A DNA stretch of 63,594 bases, the filler included. It is 11 parts of 11 records of this genome, joined end to end, with 100 filler letters (N's around TTAATTAATTAA, not from the genome) between each part and the next. Parts side by side here need not be neighbours in the genome. Positions count along the whole stretch, not along the records: positions 58,495 to 63,594 come from SRR31147125_84136; 10 more parts are not named here. The stretch is one strand, 5' to 3'. Positions 61,110-63,594 of the stretch are shown piece after piece. A program made the position numbers and the translations under genes. Position 1 is the first letter of the stretch; each line of letters opens with the position of its first letter. The notes under the pieces are model-generated. The model saw only the letters and a program-made list of their open reading frames with translations, was not told the origin of the DNA and made no database searches.

Positions 61110-63593
61110 TTAGCCGAAAAGATATTCCTTGAGGTAGTGTCCGGTAGTTGATTCCCGGTTTTTCATAATTTCTTCAGGAGAACCGGAGGCTATAATACGA
61201 CCGCCCTGCTTGCCACCGTCCGGTCCCAGGTCAATAATATAGTCAGCGCATTTAATGACATCAAGATTGTGTTCAATGACGAGTAAAGAGTTGCCAGCGT
61301 TTAAGAGTTTATAAAAACAATTTAACAATGTTGCCACATCATCAAAATGAAGGCCTGTAGTAGGTTCATCAAACATGTACAGCACATGTTTATCTATCTT
61401 TTCTCCCAAATGTGCTGCTAATTTTACACGTTGAGATTCGCCGCCGGAAAGTGTGGTCGCTGGTTGACCTAATTTCAGATATCCCAAACCGACTTCTTTC
61501 AGTAATGAGAGTTTATTGATGACAGCGGACTCTTTGCTGAAGAATTTTAACGCTTCTGAAACGGTCATATTAAGGACTTTTGAAATATTTTTGCCTTTAT
61601 AGCGGATATCAAGAATCCCTTTTTTATATCGTTTGCCGCCGCAGACATCGCATTCAAGAAAGAGGTCTGCCAGAAATTGCATTTCGACCTTGACGACGCC
61701 GGCACCTTTACACGTTTCGCATCTGCCGCCAGGTACATTAAAGGAAAAGGATCCAGGTTTGAATCCCTGAGCCTTTGCTGCCCTCAAAGAGGCGAAACAT
61801 TGGCGAATAGGTTCAAATGCTTTAACATATGTTGCGGGATTTGAGCGGGGTGTTTTGCCTATCGGGGACTGGTCCACCATGATGACTTGATCAATTTGGT
61901 CGATTCCGTCAATACTGTCAAACAAGCCAACACGTTTTTTCCACTGTTTTTTATTTTTCATAATTCCGGTATAGAGTACATCATGTACCAGGGAACTTTT
62001 TCCTGATCCGGATACTCCGGTGACAACGACAAATAAACCCAGAGGAATGGACAAGTCTATATTTTGTAAATTGTTTTCTCTTGCGTTATTTACTTTTATA
62101 AATTGCCCGTTCATCTTTCTTCTGCTATCTGGTAACGGGATCATTTTGTTACCACGTAAATAGGTACCGGTCAAAGAATAGCCATTCTTACGTATACCAC
62201 TATAAGAACCTTCAAAAATAATGTTTCCGCCGTTTTCACCAGCATGAGGTCCCAGGTCGATGATTCTATCGGCATTTTGCATCATTTCCCGGTCATGCTC
62301 CACAACAACAACCGTATTCCCAATGTCCCGCAGTGCTTTCAGCACTTTAACAAGATTTTTAGTATCACGCGGGTGTAGACCAATTGTGGGTTCGTCAAGA
62401 ATATAAAGAGAACCAACAAGATGAGCTCCCAAAGCTGTGGCTAAATTAATGCGTTGGAATTCTCCTCCGGAAATGGTTGCTGTTTTACGATCCAGGGTCA
62501 GATAAGCAAGGCCGATATCGTTCAGATATTTGAGTCTGTTTTTGATTTCGCCGAGTATCTGCCCGGCAATTTTTTGATCAAAGGGTGTTAATTCAAGATT
62601 AGCAAAAAAATCGCTGGCCTCTCTCAGAGTCATCTGGTTGACCTGGCCGATGTTTTTACCTGAAATACGCACATTCAACGCCTCAGGCCGAAGTCTTGTA
62701 CTGTTGCAATCGGGACAGCGAATATAACCTCTATATCGGCTTAACATGACACGAACACCTATTTTGTATCTTTTGGTTTCAAGCCACGCGAAAAATCGGT
62801 CAAGTCCGGGGTACTCGTCAAAGCCGCTCCAGATCATTTTTTTAGCACGATCATCAAGTTTATTATAAGGCGTTTTTATATCGATACCATTTTTCGGCCC
62901 GGCAGATAAAAGAGATTTGTACATATCGCGATGAGCAGGTGTATTGAGGGGTGCAATACAGTTTTCAGAAAGGCTTTTGCTTTTATCCGGAATAACCAGG
63001 TCTTCATCTATCCTGATAATGTCTCCGAATCCATTACAAGTAGGACATGCTCCGAATGGGTTATTAAACGAAAAAAGTCGGGGTTGTGGTTCGAGTAAAG
63101 AGATGCCACAATGCGCACAATCAAATGTCTGCGAAAAACGAACCGGTTTCTCATCAAGAACATGCACATCAATAATGCCGGAACCCTCTGAAAAAGCCAG
63201 GTCAATGGAATCTGAAATCCTGGCGAGAGAATTCTGGTTATTAATCAGGCGATCTACCAAAATATCAATGGAATCTGTACTTTCAAGATCAAAACTATCT
63301 ATATTAATGACGTTATTCTCAAATAAGACTCTAAAGAATCCCTTTGATTTAATTGTTTCCTTTAAAATATTTGCATCTATAGAGTCGGTATAAAAAGGGA
63401 ATGTAATAAAAATTTTGCTTGAATTAGGCCGTGATGAGATGTATTGAACAACGTCACCTACCTGATCTTTGCGAACGATGTTGTCACATTTGGGGCAGAA
63501 GGTGTGGCCGATTCTGGCGAACAGGAGACGGAGGTAATCCTGCAATTCTGTGGCTGTACCGACTGTAGACCGTGAGCTGCGAGTCGGATTTTT
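61110..63593 (-). CDS. uvrA: excinuclease ABC subunit A (5' partial)
   Basis: RSTVGT, Zn fingers, FSFNNPFGAC, ISGGEFQR, GVSGSGKSS, LSGGESQR, DEPTTGLH. Confidence 0.97.
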   Translation of the reverse strand, partial: KNPTRSSRSTVGTATELQDYLRLLFARIGHTFCPKCDNIVRKDQVGDVVQYISSRPNSSKIFITFPFYTDSIDANILKETIKSKGFFRVLFENNVINIDSFDLESTDSIDILVDRLINNQNSLARISDSIDLAFSEGSGIIDVHVLDEKPVRFSQTFDCAHCGISLLEPQPRLFSFNNPFGACPTCNGFGDIIRIDEDLVIPDKSKSLSENCIAPLNTPAHRDMYKSLLSAGPKNGIDIKTPYNKLDDRAKKMIWSGFDEYPGLDRFFAWLETKRYKIGVRVMLSRYRGYIRCPDCNSTRLRPEALNVRISGKNIGQVNQMTLREASDFFANLELTPFDQKIAGQILGEIKNRLKYLNDIGLAYLTLDRKTATISGGEFQRINLATALGAHLVGSLYILDEPTIGLHPRDTKNLVKVLKALRDIGNTVVVVEHDREMMQNADRIIDLGPHAGENGGNIIFEGSYSGIRKNGYSLTGTYLRGNKMIPLPDSRRKMNGQFIKVNNARENNLQNIDLSIPLGLFVVVTGVSGSGKSSLVHDVLYTGIMKNKKQWKKRVGLFDSIDGIDQIDQVIMVDQSPIGKTPRSNPATYVKAFEPIRQCFASLRAAKAQGFKPGSFSFNVPGGRCETCKGAGVVKVEMQFLADLFLECDVCGGKRYKKGILDIRYKGKNISKVLNMTVSEALKFFSKESAVINKLSLLKEVGLGYLKLGQPATTLSGGESQRVKLAAHLGEKIDKHVLYMFDEPTTGLHFDDVATLLNCFYKLLNAGNSLLVIEHNLDVIKCADYIIDLGPDGGKQGGRIIASGSPEEIMKNRESTTGHYLKEYLFG

Positions 63594-63594
63594 T

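Noticed and set aside
61110-63593. Functional link between uvrA and the polyamine operon
   Set aside because: They are separated by about 180 nt of AT-rich DNA that can hold its own promoter. There is no evidence beyond adjacency.

Overview
This window is not one genome region. It is a concatenation of 11 unrelated contigs of about 5-7 kb, joined by ten identical 100-nt artificial spacers (44 N + TTAATTAATTAA + 44 N), most plausibly from an anoxic sediment or reactor metagenome. Contents, with taxonomy as inference only: (1) 1-6039 Clostridia-like: pepV, uppP, ytxH-like pair, a surface protein, ilvE. (2) 6140-11285 Desulfobacterota-like: ahcY-metK divergent from an EctR/CosR-type MarR gene with an EctR-like operator, then DUF6125 and a LarA homolog. 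(3) 11386-16749: class III cyclase, yhdH, nfeD-SPFH, bamD. (4) 16850-22336: a eukaryotic, very intron-dense contig that the ORF track cannot resolve; hand-splicing gives a GPI-anchored multi-disintegrin surface protein and a signal-anchored protein. (5) 22437-27476: hydrolase, LysE, argD and rhodanese remnants, HI0933 flavoprotein. (6) 27577-32996: oxygen-defence cluster (rbr, dfx, two tiny Cys-rich proteins, triheme cytochrome c, Isf-ArsC fusion, rubredoxin, fprA, ferredoxin). (7) 33097-38561: glycan biosynthesis genes and a sulfotransferase. (8) 38662-45796: two-component genes, cutA, yqeY. (9) 45897-52571 FCB-like: T9SS-type protein, a four-helix-bundle gene enclosed by mutually inverted 8-bp tandem arrays, pckA, aminotransferase, short asparaginase, REP-like palindromes. 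(10) 52672-58394 Clostridia-like cheC-cheD-cheY-cheA-HD-GYP. (11) 58495-63594: uvrA and a pdaD - deoxyhypusine-synthase-like - agmatinase polyamine operon. Many genes carry single-base frameshifts, mostly in homopolymers, which look like sequencing error. No rRNA, tRNA or CRISPR array was seen. The best candidates for undescribed biology are the repeat-bracketed four-helix-bundle cassette, the EctR-type regulator next to the SAM-cycle genes, the protist multi-disintegrin gene and the pyruvoyl-ADC/DHS-like polyamine operon.
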